From an uncultured Roseobacteraceae bacterium (GTDB lineage Bacteria; Pseudomonadota; Alphaproteobacteria; Rhodobacterales; Rhodobacteraceae): a stretch of DNA of 64,000 nt. The position numbers and the translations under genes were made by a program. The stretch covers positions 5,659-69,658 of the forward strand of contig CAXIAL010000009.1 of NCBI GenBank assembly GCA_964022435.1, given 5' to 3'. The notes beneath the pieces were generated by a model, which was given only the letters and a program-made list of their open reading frames with translations, ran no database searches and had not been told where the DNA came from. Position 1 is the stretch's first letter. Each line of letters opens with the position of its first letter. Positions 52,477 through 61,444 of the stretch are shown in pieces.

Positions 52477-53862
52477 TCAGCGACGTAAGTGTAGGAGTTG
52501 CAGCAAACGGCTTTGCCGCGCGAATGGCGCATCCTCTGGCGCCTTGGGTTCGGCGATCACCTTGCTCGCCAAAACCCATGCGATCACAGCAAACACCGCG
52601 CCGCCAAGGAACTGCCCTACAAGCACGCCAACAGCGCCGAACCACATGGATCCAAGCAACACAAACGGGATCATCCCGACGGTGTTCCTACCCCAGTTAA
52701 TGATCGTGGAATAATACGGATGCCCAAGGTTGTTGAACGCCGCGTTCGACACAAAGATCACGCCGTTGAAAAAGAACATCAGCGATAGCGGCCCCGCGAA
52801 CATGAACACAATCGTCTGGCTGATCCCATCAAGCGCGAATAGCGACGCAAGGAACGGGCGCAGCAGGAACAAAATGCCCGATACGAGCACAACCACGGCG
52901 GCGGTAAAAATCAGACCGTCACGGAACGCGCCGCGCACGCGGTCTTGCTGGCCCGCCCCAAAATTCTGCCCCATGATCGGACCAATCGCGCCTGACAGGG
53001 CAAAGATCACGCCAAAGGCCACGGGCATAATCCGCGATACAATCGCCATGCCTGCAACGGCGGCCTCGCCGAATTCGGCCATTGACCGTGTCACATAGGC
53101 CTGCCCGATCGGGGTCGCCAATTGGGTTAGGATCGCGGGGAATGCAATGGCGGCAATCGGGGCGAAGTCTTTTCGTAATTCCGCCCCTGTGGGATGGCTG
53201 AACCCGTTATAATACCGGACAATCGGAATGACCGCGGCGACACCCATCGCGACACGCGCAGCCACACTGGCATAGGCCGCACCCGTCAATTCCAGATCAA
53301 GACCAAAGATCAGGATCGGATCCAAAATGGCGTTCACAATGCCGCCCATCACAGTTGCCATCATCGCACGCCGCGCATCGCCGTGTGCGCGCAAAATCGC
53401 CCCGCCGACCATGCCGACCAACAAAAACGGCAAGGACGGAATAATGATCTGGAGGTAGCTGACCGCAAGGGTAAGGGTCTCGCCGGTGGCCCCCATGAGA
53501 CCAGCGAGGAATGCAAGGTTCATCCAGACGAGCGCCGCGAAAACGATCCCAAAAGCCACGCCGTATATCAGCGCATTGGTGGCTTTGGCGCGGGCCAGCT
53601 CTTCATCGCCTTCGCCCAATGCGCGGGCCACAAGCGCGCCTGCAGCAATCGCCATGCCGATCCCGAATGACGATGTGAAAAACAAGATCGCACCAGCGTA
53701 GCCGATGGCCGCGGCCAATTCCGCCTTGCCCAGCATCGCGATGAAAATCATGTCGACGAAGTCGACAAGGAACACCGCCATCAGCCCCACCGTTGACGTC
53801 AACGACATCACAGTGATGTGGCGCAGCAAGCTGCCTTTTAGAAAAACAGCTTGCTCTGACAT
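52477..53862 (-). CDS. MATE family efflux transporter
   Basis: ~12 hydrophobic segments; NAILDPILIFG..L..GAA.A, GQNFGA motifs. Confidence 0.88.
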   Translation of the reverse strand: MSEQAVFLKGSLLRHITVMSLTSTVGLMAVFLVDFVDMIFIAMLGKAELAAAIGYAGAILFFTSSFGIGMAIAAGALVARALGEGDEELARAKATNALIYGVAFGIVFAALVWMNLAFLAGLMGATGETLTLAVSYLQIIIPSLPFLLVGMVGGAILRAHGDARRAMMATVMGGIVNAILDPILIFGLDLELTGAAYASVAARVAMGVAAVIPIVRYYNGFSHPTGAELRKDFAPIAAIAFPAILTQLATPIGQAYVTRSMAEFGEAAVAGMAIVSRIMPVAFGVIFALSGAIGPIMGQNFGAGQQDRVRGAFRDGLIFTAAVVVLVSGILFLLRPFLASLFALDGISQTIVFMFAGPLSLMFFFNGVIFVSNAAFNNLGHPYYSTIINWGRNTVGMIPFVLLGSMWFGAVGVLVGQFLGGAVFAVIAWVLASKVIAEPKAPEDAPFARQSRLLQLLHLRR

Positions 53863-53865
53863 GGG

Positions 53866-55182
53866 CTAAACCTTTGGTTTTGTTTGCAACAGCGGCATGA
53901 CCTCGGCCATTTCCGGCCCGCGTTGCATGCCTGTGACTGCTTTGCGCAGTGGCATGAACAATGTCTTGCCCTTGCGGCCCGTGGCCTCTTTGACGGCGGC
54001 GGTCCATGTAGACCACGTATCATCAGCGTAGGGCGGTGCTCCGAGCATGTCAAAAGCCTGCGCGATGAAGTCTTTGTCTTCGTCCTCGACCAACGGTGCG
54101 TCAGGGCCATTTTGGAAAAATGACCACCAGCCAGCCACGTCGTCAAGCGTCGCGATGTTACCCTTAATAGCGTGCCAAAACGCGTCGCGCTTGTCGGCGG
54201 GCACATCGGCAAGCGTGTCGGCAACATCGGCCACGTCGAGCGTCGCGAGATAGCGCGCAGTCAGCGGCCCGAGGTCTTCGGCGTCGAATTTCGTCGGCGC
54301 AGAGCCGAATTTTGACACATCGAAATTGTCCACGATTTCACGTACATTTGCACGCAGCTCGACAGGATCAGACGAGCCCAAGCGCGCCATCAGCGACAAG
54401 ATCGCCAAGGGGGCGATGCCTTGGGCACGCAGATCGCGCAGCGCCAAGGTGCCCAGACGTTTCGACAGCGCCTCGCCCTGCGGCCCCGTAAGCAGGGAGT
54501 GGTGCGCAAAAGATGGCACAGTGCCTCCCAGCGCCTGCATGATTTGGATTTGCGTCGCGGTGTTTGTGATATGGTCAGACCCGCGCACAACAGTCGTCAT
54601 GCCCATTTCCGTGTCATCCACAACCGACGCCAGCGTGTACAAAATCTGCCCGTCGTTTTTGAACAAAACCGGATCGGACACAGAGGCCGCGTCGATCGAA
54701 ATCGTGCCGACGATCTGGTCGTCCCATTCGATACGTTCGTGGTCCAGCTTGAACCGCCAATGCGACCCGCGTTCCGCGCGCAGTGTGTTTTTCTCGTCCT
54801 CTGACAAGTCCAATGCAGCGCGGTCATAGACCGGCGGCTTGCCCATGTTCAGCTGTTTTTTACGCTTTAGGTCAAGCTCCACGGGCGTCTCGAAACATTC
54901 GTACAGACGGCCCATGTCGATCAGCTTTTGCTTGGCCTCCAGATATTTATCCATGCGCTTGGACTGATGTTCCACGCGGTCCCATTCAAGGCCGAGCCAA
55001 GTCAGATCATCTTTGATCCCTTGCATATATTTGTCCTTGGACCGCTCCTGATCAGTGTCATCAATCCGCAGCACAAATTCGCCGCCATTCTGGCGCGCAA
55101 TCGCATAGTTGAACAAGGCAGCACGCAGGTTGCCGATGTGAATATAGCCGGTGGGCGACGGGGCGAAACGAGTCGTGGTCAT
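53866..55182 (-). CDS. gltX: Glutamate--tRNA ligase (short alphaproteobacterial paralog)
   Basis: RFAPSPTGYIHIGN, LRIDDTD, RGSDHITNT, LSKR, GPEM. Confidence 0.93.
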   Translation of the reverse strand: MTTTRFAPSPTGYIHIGNLRAALFNYAIARQNGGEFVLRIDDTDQERSKDKYMQGIKDDLTWLGLEWDRVEHQSKRMDKYLEAKQKLIDMGRLYECFETPVELDLKRKKQLNMGKPPVYDRAALDLSEDEKNTLRAERGSHWRFKLDHERIEWDDQIVGTISIDAASVSDPVLFKNDGQILYTLASVVDDTEMGMTTVVRGSDHITNTATQIQIMQALGGTVPSFAHHSLLTGPQGEALSKRLGTLALRDLRAQGIAPLAILSLMARLGSSDPVELRANVREIVDNFDVSKFGSAPTKFDAEDLGPLTARYLATLDVADVADTLADVPADKRDAFWHAIKGNIATLDDVAGWWSFFQNGPDAPLVEDEDKDFIAQAFDMLGAPPYADDTWSTWTAAVKEATGRKGKTLFMPLRKAVTGMQRGPEMAEVMPLLQTKPKV

Positions 55183-55236
55183 GGGAACATCCTTTGGTTG
55201 CCCCCGATGTTTCATGATCGTCCTGATTTGTCTAGA

Positions 55237-55662
55237 TTAGGCGGTCACGGGCCATTTCTTGTTCAGATCATGCAGACCCTTGCGGATCAGTTCCTCGAGC
55301 ACGTCCAGATCAATATCGGCCAGCTTGTTTACATATAGACAGGCCTTGCCAATCTTATGTTTGCCCAAACGCCCAAGAATGTCGGAATAATCTTCGTAAC
55401 CCGGCAAAATATAGATAGACAGGTTCGTTTTGCGCGGGCTGAACCCAGTCGCGCAGCAATCTCCCTCGCGACCACTGTCATAAACGTAGTGATACTGGCC
55501 GTACCCGATGATCGTTGGGCCCCACATTTTGGGTTCATAGCCCGTGATCCGACGGAACATTTCGTCCAAAACGCGCGCATCGGCTTGGCGGGTTGGATGG
55601 GGCACATCTGTAATGAATTCGACGGGGTCAGCGACTGTCGCTTGGGTTTTGTTTTCGGCCAT
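55237..55662 (-). CDS. DUF1801-like protein
   Basis: MWGPTIIGYG.YHY.Y.SGREG, GFSPRK, LG.HK.GK.CLY. Confidence 0.8.
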   Translation of the reverse strand: MAENKTQATVADPVEFITDVPHPTRQADARVLDEMFRRITGYEPKMWGPTIIGYGQYHYVYDSGREGDCCATGFSPRKTNLSIYILPGYEDYSDILGRLGKHKIGKACLYVNKLADIDLDVLEELIRKGLHDLNKKWPVTA

Positions 55663-55718
55663 GGGCTTTCTCCATTGGGATCAAGCCTAACAGAGCCGTC
55701 GCATTTTTCAAATGTTGC

Positions 55719-55763
55719 CCGGGGCCAGCCCCGGACCCCGGAGTATTTCGAAAAATGCGAGGG
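55719..55763 (-). repeat. REP-like intergenic element, copy B
   Basis: Minus strand CCCTCGCATTTTTCGAAATACTCCGGGGTCCGGGGCTGGCCCCGG, directly after the nadE stop codon. Confidence 0.75.
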
Positions 55764-55764
55764 C

Positions 55765-57426
55765 TTAGGTCATGTCCCGAAAACGATTCACAATCGGGTA
55801 GCGTCGATCGAGCCAAAAGGCATGACGCGAAAGCCGCGTGCCGGGAGCGGATTGGAAGCGCTTGTATTCACTGATGTAAAGCAGGTGCTCCACCCGTTTG
55901 ACCACGTCACGGTCATAGCCGCCCGCCACGCAATCAGCGACTGACGCCTCGTCATCGACGAGCATTTCAAGGATGCCGTCCAGAATATCGTAGGGCGGCA
56001 AGCTGTCGCTGTCTTTTTGATCGGGGCGCAGTTCAGCCGTTGGCGGCTTGTCGATGATCGCCACGGGGATCATTTCGCCCGCCGGTGCCATCATCCATGG
56101 GCGGTGGTTTGCATTGCGCCAGCGGCAGGTTTCAAACACGCGGGTTTTATACATATCTTTGATCGGGTTATAGCCGCCCGCCATATCGCCATAAATCGTG
56201 GCATAGCCCACGGCGACTTCGGATTTATTGCCCGTGGTCAGTAGCATTTCCCCGAATTTATTCGATTGCGCCATGAGCAGCAGCCCACGCATGCGCGACT
56301 GGATGTTTTCTTCGGTCAGGCCTTCTTCCATGCCTTCGAACAATGGCGCGAGCGCTTCGGTCACGGCGGCGCGGGGGCCTGCGATGTTTACAGTGTCGTA
56401 TTTACAGCCCAGCGCATCAACAACGGCTTGGGCGTCATCCAAAGACGCTTGGCTGGTATATTCGGACGGCAACATTACGCAGCGCACGTTTTGCGGGCCA
56501 AGCGCGTCGGCGGCGATGGTCGCAACAATTGCGCTGTCGATGCCGCCGGACAATCCGAGCAGACATTTTGTGAAACCAGTTTTGCCGAAATAGTCGCGCA
56601 GGCTTTCGACCATGGCGCGGTAGTCTTGTTCATATTCGGACGGCAGCGGGGCCTTGTCGCCCGCGACAGCGACCCAGCCTTCGGCTTCGCGCGTGAAATC
56701 AACATGCGCGATGGCCGTGTCGAACAGCGGTAATTGCAACGCCAATTCACCGCCTCGGTTCAGCACGAATGACCCGCCGTCAAAGGCTTGGTCATCTTGG
56801 CCACCAACCATGTTCAGATAGACCAACGGCACGTCGTTTTCCACGACGCGGGCGACCATATTGTTCATGCGGTATTCGAATTTGCCACGGAAATATGGCG
56901 ACCCATTGGGCACCACCAAAATCTCTGCGCCGGATTCGACCATGGCCTCGGCCACATCTTCATACCATGCGTCTTCGCAAATCGGGCTGCCGATGCGGGG
57001 GCCGTTTAGAATAGCATAAGGCCCTTGGATGTCGCCGCGATTGAATTGGCGGACCTCGTCGAACACATTGTAATTGGGCAGAAAATGTTTGAGCTGGCGC
57101 GATACAACCTTGCCACCACGGCAAATGTGATAGGCATTATAAAGCCGCCCGTTTTCAGTATAGGGCCCACCAATCGCCAGCGTCGGACCATCAGCGCAGT
57201 CAACCGCCAAAGCCTCTACTGCCGCCATTGCCGCCAAATGAAACGCAGGTTTGTTCACCAAGTCTTGCGTCGAATAACCAGTCATGAACATTTCCGGCAA
57301 GGCCACCATATCGGCCCCTGCGGCCTTGGCCTGTTCCCAAGCATCACGCGCCAGCGCGGCATTGCCCGCCAAATCCCCAACAGTCGGGTTCAATTGTGCA
57401 ATTGTCAGCCGGAATTGATCGGTCAT
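55765..57426 (-). CDS. nadE: Glutamine-dependent NAD+ synthetase
   Basis: N-terminal nitrilase domain (LPEMF, ICEDAW); GLSGGIDS, ENIQSR, TGNKSE, PPTAEL. Confidence 0.95.
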   Translation of the reverse strand: MTDQFRLTIAQLNPTVGDLAGNAALARDAWEQAKAAGADMVALPEMFMTGYSTQDLVNKPAFHLAAMAAVEALAVDCADGPTLAIGGPYTENGRLYNAYHICRGGKVVSRQLKHFLPNYNVFDEVRQFNRGDIQGPYAILNGPRIGSPICEDAWYEDVAEAMVESGAEILVVPNGSPYFRGKFEYRMNNMVARVVENDVPLVYLNMVGGQDDQAFDGGSFVLNRGGELALQLPLFDTAIAHVDFTREAEGWVAVAGDKAPLPSEYEQDYRAMVESLRDYFGKTGFTKCLLGLSGGIDSAIVATIAADALGPQNVRCVMLPSEYTSQASLDDAQAVVDALGCKYDTVNIAGPRAAVTEALAPLFEGMEEGLTEENIQSRMRGLLLMAQSNKFGEMLLTTGNKSEVAVGYATIYGDMAGGYNPIKDMYKTRVFETCRWRNANHRPWMMAPAGEMIPVAIIDKPPTAELRPDQKDSDSLPPYDILDGILEMLVDDEASVADCVAGGYDRDVVKRVEHLLYISEYKRFQSAPGTRLSRHAFWLDRRYPIVNRFRDMT

Positions 57427-57560
57427 GGGCGCATCCTTTGTCGTTCTCCCTGATGTAGCATATTAGTGAGCAAGGGAAAGCCGATTGCACGCCCTTCCCC
57501 GTTGTCAGCCCGCGAACCTTGCACTAGGGTTTGGTCCAAACACAGGCCGTGGAGAAAAAA

Positions 57561-59009
57561 ATGGCGCATTGGGCATTGAATGGAACAGCGGTTGCTGTCG
57601 CACTCGCTTTGGCAACAACAGCGACAGCACAAACTGTGCAGACCAAACAATACGACGATGGCGGCGTATATGAAGGCGAGTTCCTGAACGGCAAACAGCA
57701 CGGTCAAGGCGACTACCGCCTGCCTAACGGCTATGAATATTCTGGCGAATGGGTCGAAGGCGAAATTCGCGGTCAAGGCGTGGCCCGCTTCCCCAATGGG
57801 TCCATCTACGAAGGTAGCTTTGTCGCGGGCAAACCCTCTGGCACAGGCAAAATCGTCTTTGCCGATGGCGGAACCTATGAAGGTGACTGGCTCGACGGCA
57901 ACATCACAGGGCGCGGCATCGCGGAATACGCCAACCAAGTTGTTTATGAAGGCGAATTCCGGAACGCGATGCATCACGGCACTGGCACAATGAAATCGCC
58001 AGGCGGCTACGTCTACTCCGGTCCTTGGATCAATGGCGTAAAAGAAGGGATTGGCGAAATCACCTATCCCGACGGCGCGGTCTACAAAGGCGGCCTGCGC
58101 GCAGGCGAGCGCGATGGTGACGGGACGCTGACAATGGCTGACGGCCTGATTTATCAAGGCACGTGGGTGAACGGCCAAATCGAAGGCATTGGCCGCCTAG
58201 AACAACCCAATGGTGATGTATTCGAGGGTGATCTTGTCGCGGGGCGCCGTCAGGGCCAAGGCACCGTGACCTACGCCAATGGCGACACATACACTGGCAG
58301 CTTCGCTGATGATAAGCGGGACGGCACCGGCACCTTCATTGGAGCTGACGGTTATAAATACATCGGCGACTGGAAAGCTGGCCAAATTGAAGGCACCGGC
58401 GAGGTCACCTACCCTGACGGTTCTGTTTATTCGGGCACTTTCACTGCAGATTTGGCCGACGGCATGGGCAAGATCGTTTATCCGGACGGGTCTAGCTATG
58501 ATGGCGCGTGGGAAAACGGCGTAATCAATGGCGCAGGCGTTGCCACCTATGCCAACGGACTGGTCTACGAAGGCGAATTCCTAAACGCGAAAAATCACGG
58601 CACTGGTAAAATGACCTATGCCGACGGCTACACCTATGAAGGTGAATGGGCTGACGGACAACGCAACGGGACGGGCCGTGCAGTCTATGCCGATGGCACG
58701 ATCTATGAGGGCACCTTCAAAGATGGCCAGCGCGACGGCACCGGCAAAATCACCCTTGCAGACGGATTTGTTTACGCAGGCGACTGGGTCAACGGCGAAA
58801 TCAGTGGCCAAGGCGTTGCAACCTATGCAAATGGCGACATTTACACAGGCACATTCGTGCGCGGCCGTCGCCAAGGTGAGGGCACGATGGCCTATGCCAC
58901 GGGCGAGCAAGCGTCTGGGAATTGGGTCGACGGTGCTTTGCCTACAGCCGAAGCTGCACCGGTGGCCGAAGCTGTTCCTGCGACCGAAGAAGCCCCTGCC
59001 GCAAACTAA
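57561..59009 (+). CDS. Secreted MORN-repeat protein
   Basis: Signal peptide, 18 complete 23-aa repeats (Y.G.W..G...G.G) plus a partial one, Ala/Glu/Pro tail. Confidence 0.9.
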   Translation: MAHWALNGTAVAVALALATTATAQTVQTKQYDDGGVYEGEFLNGKQHGQGDYRLPNGYEYSGEWVEGEIRGQGVARFPNGSIYEGSFVAGKPSGTGKIVFADGGTYEGDWLDGNITGRGIAEYANQVVYEGEFRNAMHHGTGTMKSPGGYVYSGPWINGVKEGIGEITYPDGAVYKGGLRAGERDGDGTLTMADGLIYQGTWVNGQIEGIGRLEQPNGDVFEGDLVAGRRQGQGTVTYANGDTYTGSFADDKRDGTGTFIGADGYKYIGDWKAGQIEGTGEVTYPDGSVYSGTFTADLADGMGKIVYPDGSSYDGAWENGVINGAGVATYANGLVYEGEFLNAKNHGTGKMTYADGYTYEGEWADGQRNGTGRAVYADGTIYEGTFKDGQRDGTGKITLADGFVYAGDWVNGEISGQGVATYANGDIYTGTFVRGRRQGEGTMAYATGEQASGNWVDGALPTAEAAPVAEAVPATEEAPAAN

Positions 59010-60520
59010 ACCGGTTCGCCCGCGTCAAGTTTCGCCAGCCAAGCCTCTGCCAGAGACAAAACGGTCGCGCGTTTGTCCGCGTCCATCCGGTCCCAGACAC
59101 GAAACATATTGCCCATGCGCGGGTTGCCCGCGAACCTATCGCGGTGCCGGTCAAGAAAATGCCAATACAGCAGGTTAAACGGGCACGCATCCGCCCCGAC
59201 TTTATCCTGCACGCGGTAAGAACACGACCCGCAGTAATTCGACATTTTGTGAATGTAATTTCCACTGGAAATATAAGGCTTCGACGCAACAATCCCGCCA
59301 TCGGCAAACTGCGACATGCCAATGACATTGGGCGCCTCGACCCATTCATAAGCATCGGCATAAACCGCCAGATACCATTCATGCACCTGCGCCGGATCGA
59401 CCCCCGCCAGCAGCGCGAAATTGCCCGTGACCATCAGCCGTTGGATGTGATGAGCATAGGCTTCGGCCTTGGTCTGCCCCACAGCCTGATCCATGCAATG
59501 CATCTTGGTCGGCTTGCCCCAAAACAATGGCGGCAGATCGCGCTGATGATCCAATTCATTGCGCGCCGTATAGTCGCGCCCTTCGCGAAAATAGATGCCG
59601 CGCACATATTCGCGCCAGCCAATGATCTGGCGGATGAAACCTTCGACGGCATTCAGTGGGGCATGGCCGCTGTGGTAGGCCGCCTCCACCTGCTGGCAAA
59701 CCTTCAACGGGTCCAATAATCCTGCGTTCAAATACAGCCCAATAATCGCGTGATACATGAACGGCTGATCGGTGATCATCGCATCCTGATAATCGCCGAA
59801 ATGCGGCAATCCATGGGTGACCCAATGATCCAACGACGCCTGTGCATCGCGCTCTGTGGTCGCAAACCAGAACGGCGTCAAATCACCGAAAGTATCTCCG
59901 TATCGGGCGGCAACGAAATCAAGCACCTCTTGATCAGGTTCAAACCGCAACGGACCGTCATGCTTTATGTCGTCCGGCGCAGGCTTGCGATTGTCATGAT
60001 CATAATTCCACTTGCCGCCCGTGGGCTTATCCCCCCCCATCAACAACCCCGTCTTGCGGCGCATCTCGCGATAAAAATACTCCATCCGCAACTGCTTGCG
60101 CCCCTCGGCCCAACTATCGAAGTCAGCATGGGATGCAATAAACCGGTCGTCCGACAACATATGCATTTTCAAGTGCAGATCGGTCAGGGCATCAATTAAG
60201 CGCCACTCGCCCGGTTCGGTCACAACGACGCCAACAGCACCCGTCTGGCTTGCGCGGCGGATCAGCTCCCCCGTGATGGACTGCGTATTCTCAGGATCCT
60301 CCAATTTGGTGTAATGTACGGTCCAACCATCATCACGCAGCTTTTGGGCGAAATTGCGCATCGCCATGAATGTAAACGCAATTTTCTTGGGATGATGGGG
60401 TATATATGTCGCCTCTGCATCCACCTCGGCCATGACAATATGATCGCGGGTTTTGTCGGCCTTTCGCAACCCGTGCAAGCCTATCGACAGTTGATCGCCC
60501 AAAACCAGAATTAGCCTCAC
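59006..60520 (-). CDS. FeS-containing bacterial cryptochrome / (6-4) photolyase (PhrB/CryB type)
   Basis: LVLGDQL, HHIQRLM, WVEAPNV.GM, Cys ligands MHC / NYCGSC / ACPF; GTG start overlapping the upstream TGA. Confidence 0.9.
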   Translation of the reverse strand: MRLILVLGDQLSIGLHGLRKADKTRDHIVMAEVDAEATYIPHHPKKIAFTFMAMRNFAQKLRDDGWTVHYTKLEDPENTQSITGELIRRASQTGAVGVVVTEPGEWRLIDALTDLHLKMHMLSDDRFIASHADFDSWAEGRKQLRMEYFYREMRRKTGLLMGGDKPTGGKWNYDHDNRKPAPDDIKHDGPLRFEPDQEVLDFVAARYGDTFGDLTPFWFATTERDAQASLDHWVTHGLPHFGDYQDAMITDQPFMYHAIIGLYLNAGLLDPLKVCQQVEAAYHSGHAPLNAVEGFIRQIIGWREYVRGIYFREGRDYTARNELDHQRDLPPLFWGKPTKMHCMDQAVGQTKAEAYAHHIQRLMVTGNFALLAGVDPAQVHEWYLAVYADAYEWVEAPNVIGMSQFADGGIVASKPYISSGNYIHKMSNYCGSCSYRVQDKVGADACPFNLLYWHFLDRHRDRFAGNPRMGNMFRVWDRMDADKRATVLSLAEAWLAKLDAGEPV

Positions 60521-61155
60521 CACGGCACCACCTCGCCGGCATAGTCGAAAAATCCGCCTGTCTGATCCGGCGACAGCGCCTCGATCACACGCCACAAATT
60601 TGCGGCCGCTTCATCCGCCGATACCGTGCGATGGTGACCCGCATATTTGGCCGTAAACGGTGTGGCCACTGTGCCCGGATGCAAGGCAACACAAATCGAC
60701 CCCTTGTGGGTGCGCGACAACTCAATCGCCGCCCCGCGGACGATCTGGTTCAGCGCCGCCTTGGACGCGCGGTAGCTATGCCACCCGCCAATCTGGTTAT
60801 CACCAATCGATCCGACACGCGCCGACAATACCGCAACACGGCCAGCGGGGGCCAACAATCGCGGCACCTCGCGCAGCACCATCGCAGGACCAATGGCATT
60901 TACGGCAAACACATCCGCCATCGCCACTGAATCCATGGCCACCAATGATTTTTCTGGAACACCCAAGGCACCCGTCGCAATCACAATGCGATCAAATACC
61001 CCGTCAACACCGCCCAAAACGCGCCTGATAGACGCCTCATCCATCAGGTCCAGCTCATCCACACTGCGCGACAAACCGACCACGTCACCTGCTGCTGACG
61101 CGACCAGCGCCGCACCAATCCCGCCAGAGGCCCCAATGATCAAACTTCGTTCCAT
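60517..61155 (-). CDS. Short-chain dehydrogenase (C-factor/CsgA-like)
   Basis: GASGGIG, SARVGSIGDN..GGWHSYRASKAALN, LHPGTV.T. Confidence 0.88.
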   Translation of the reverse strand: MERSLIIGASGGIGAALVASAAGDVVGLSRSVDELDLMDEASIRRVLGGVDGVFDRIVIATGALGVPEKSLVAMDSVAMADVFAVNAIGPAMVLREVPRLLAPAGRVAVLSARVGSIGDNQIGGWHSYRASKAALNQIVRGAAIELSRTHKGSICVALHPGTVATPFTAKYAGHHRTVSADEAAANLWRVIEALSPDQTGGFFDYAGEVVPW

Positions 61156-61196
61156 TCCGCAGATTTAGCGCCACATCGGACTGCGACCACCCCTGC

Positions 61197-61242
61197 CCCT
61201 CTTTGGTTTTCAAATATCCCGGGGGTCTGGGGGCTGCCCCCC
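61197..61242 (+). repeat. REP-like intergenic element, copy C
   Basis: CCCCTCTTTGGTTTTCAAATATCCCGGGGGTCTGGGGGCTGCCCCCC. Confidence 0.75.
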
Positions 61243-61289
61243 ATAAAACGGGGGTTTTCATTCATTTCCATCTGCGTATAGTGCGACCC

Positions 61290-61370
61290 ATGAACGCAAA
61301 CGCACATATCACACCTGCCGCCTCTTTCGGGCTCGGCCTATCTGCGCTGCTTCTCCTTAGCTGCCTCTGA
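61290..61370 (+). CDS. leuA leader peptide
   Basis: MNANAHITPAASFGLGLSALLLLSCL*: 26 aa with 7 Leu codons, 4 consecutive, 74 nt upstream of leuA. Confidence 0.75.
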   Translation: MNANAHITPAASFGLGLSALLLLSCL

Positions 61371-61400
61371 GCGTGCCATATCGGTGCGACCGCTCAGAGG
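61364..61400 (+). promoter_or_regulatory. Attenuator-like hairpin of the leuA leader
   Basis: Perfect 10-bp stem CCTCTGAGCG (61364-61373) / CGCTCAGAGG (61391-61400) covering the leader stop codon; no U tract. Confidence 0.65.
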
Positions 61401-61444
61401 GGACCAGCACCAAGACAGCTTAAGGACTAAAAGGAATATCCAAA

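Noticed and set aside
57423-58178. 251-aa minus-strand ORF and other long overlapping ORFs (e.g. 129-920, 10857-11639, 26872-27864, 58922-59719)
   Set aside because: Antisense or alternate-frame shadows of well-supported genes, expected from GC-rich codon bias; no recognisable motifs
57630-58930. CRISPR-like or tandem DNA repeat array
   Set aside because: The 69-bp periodicity comes from degenerate protein-coding MORN repeats; no identical repeats with spacers and no cas genes
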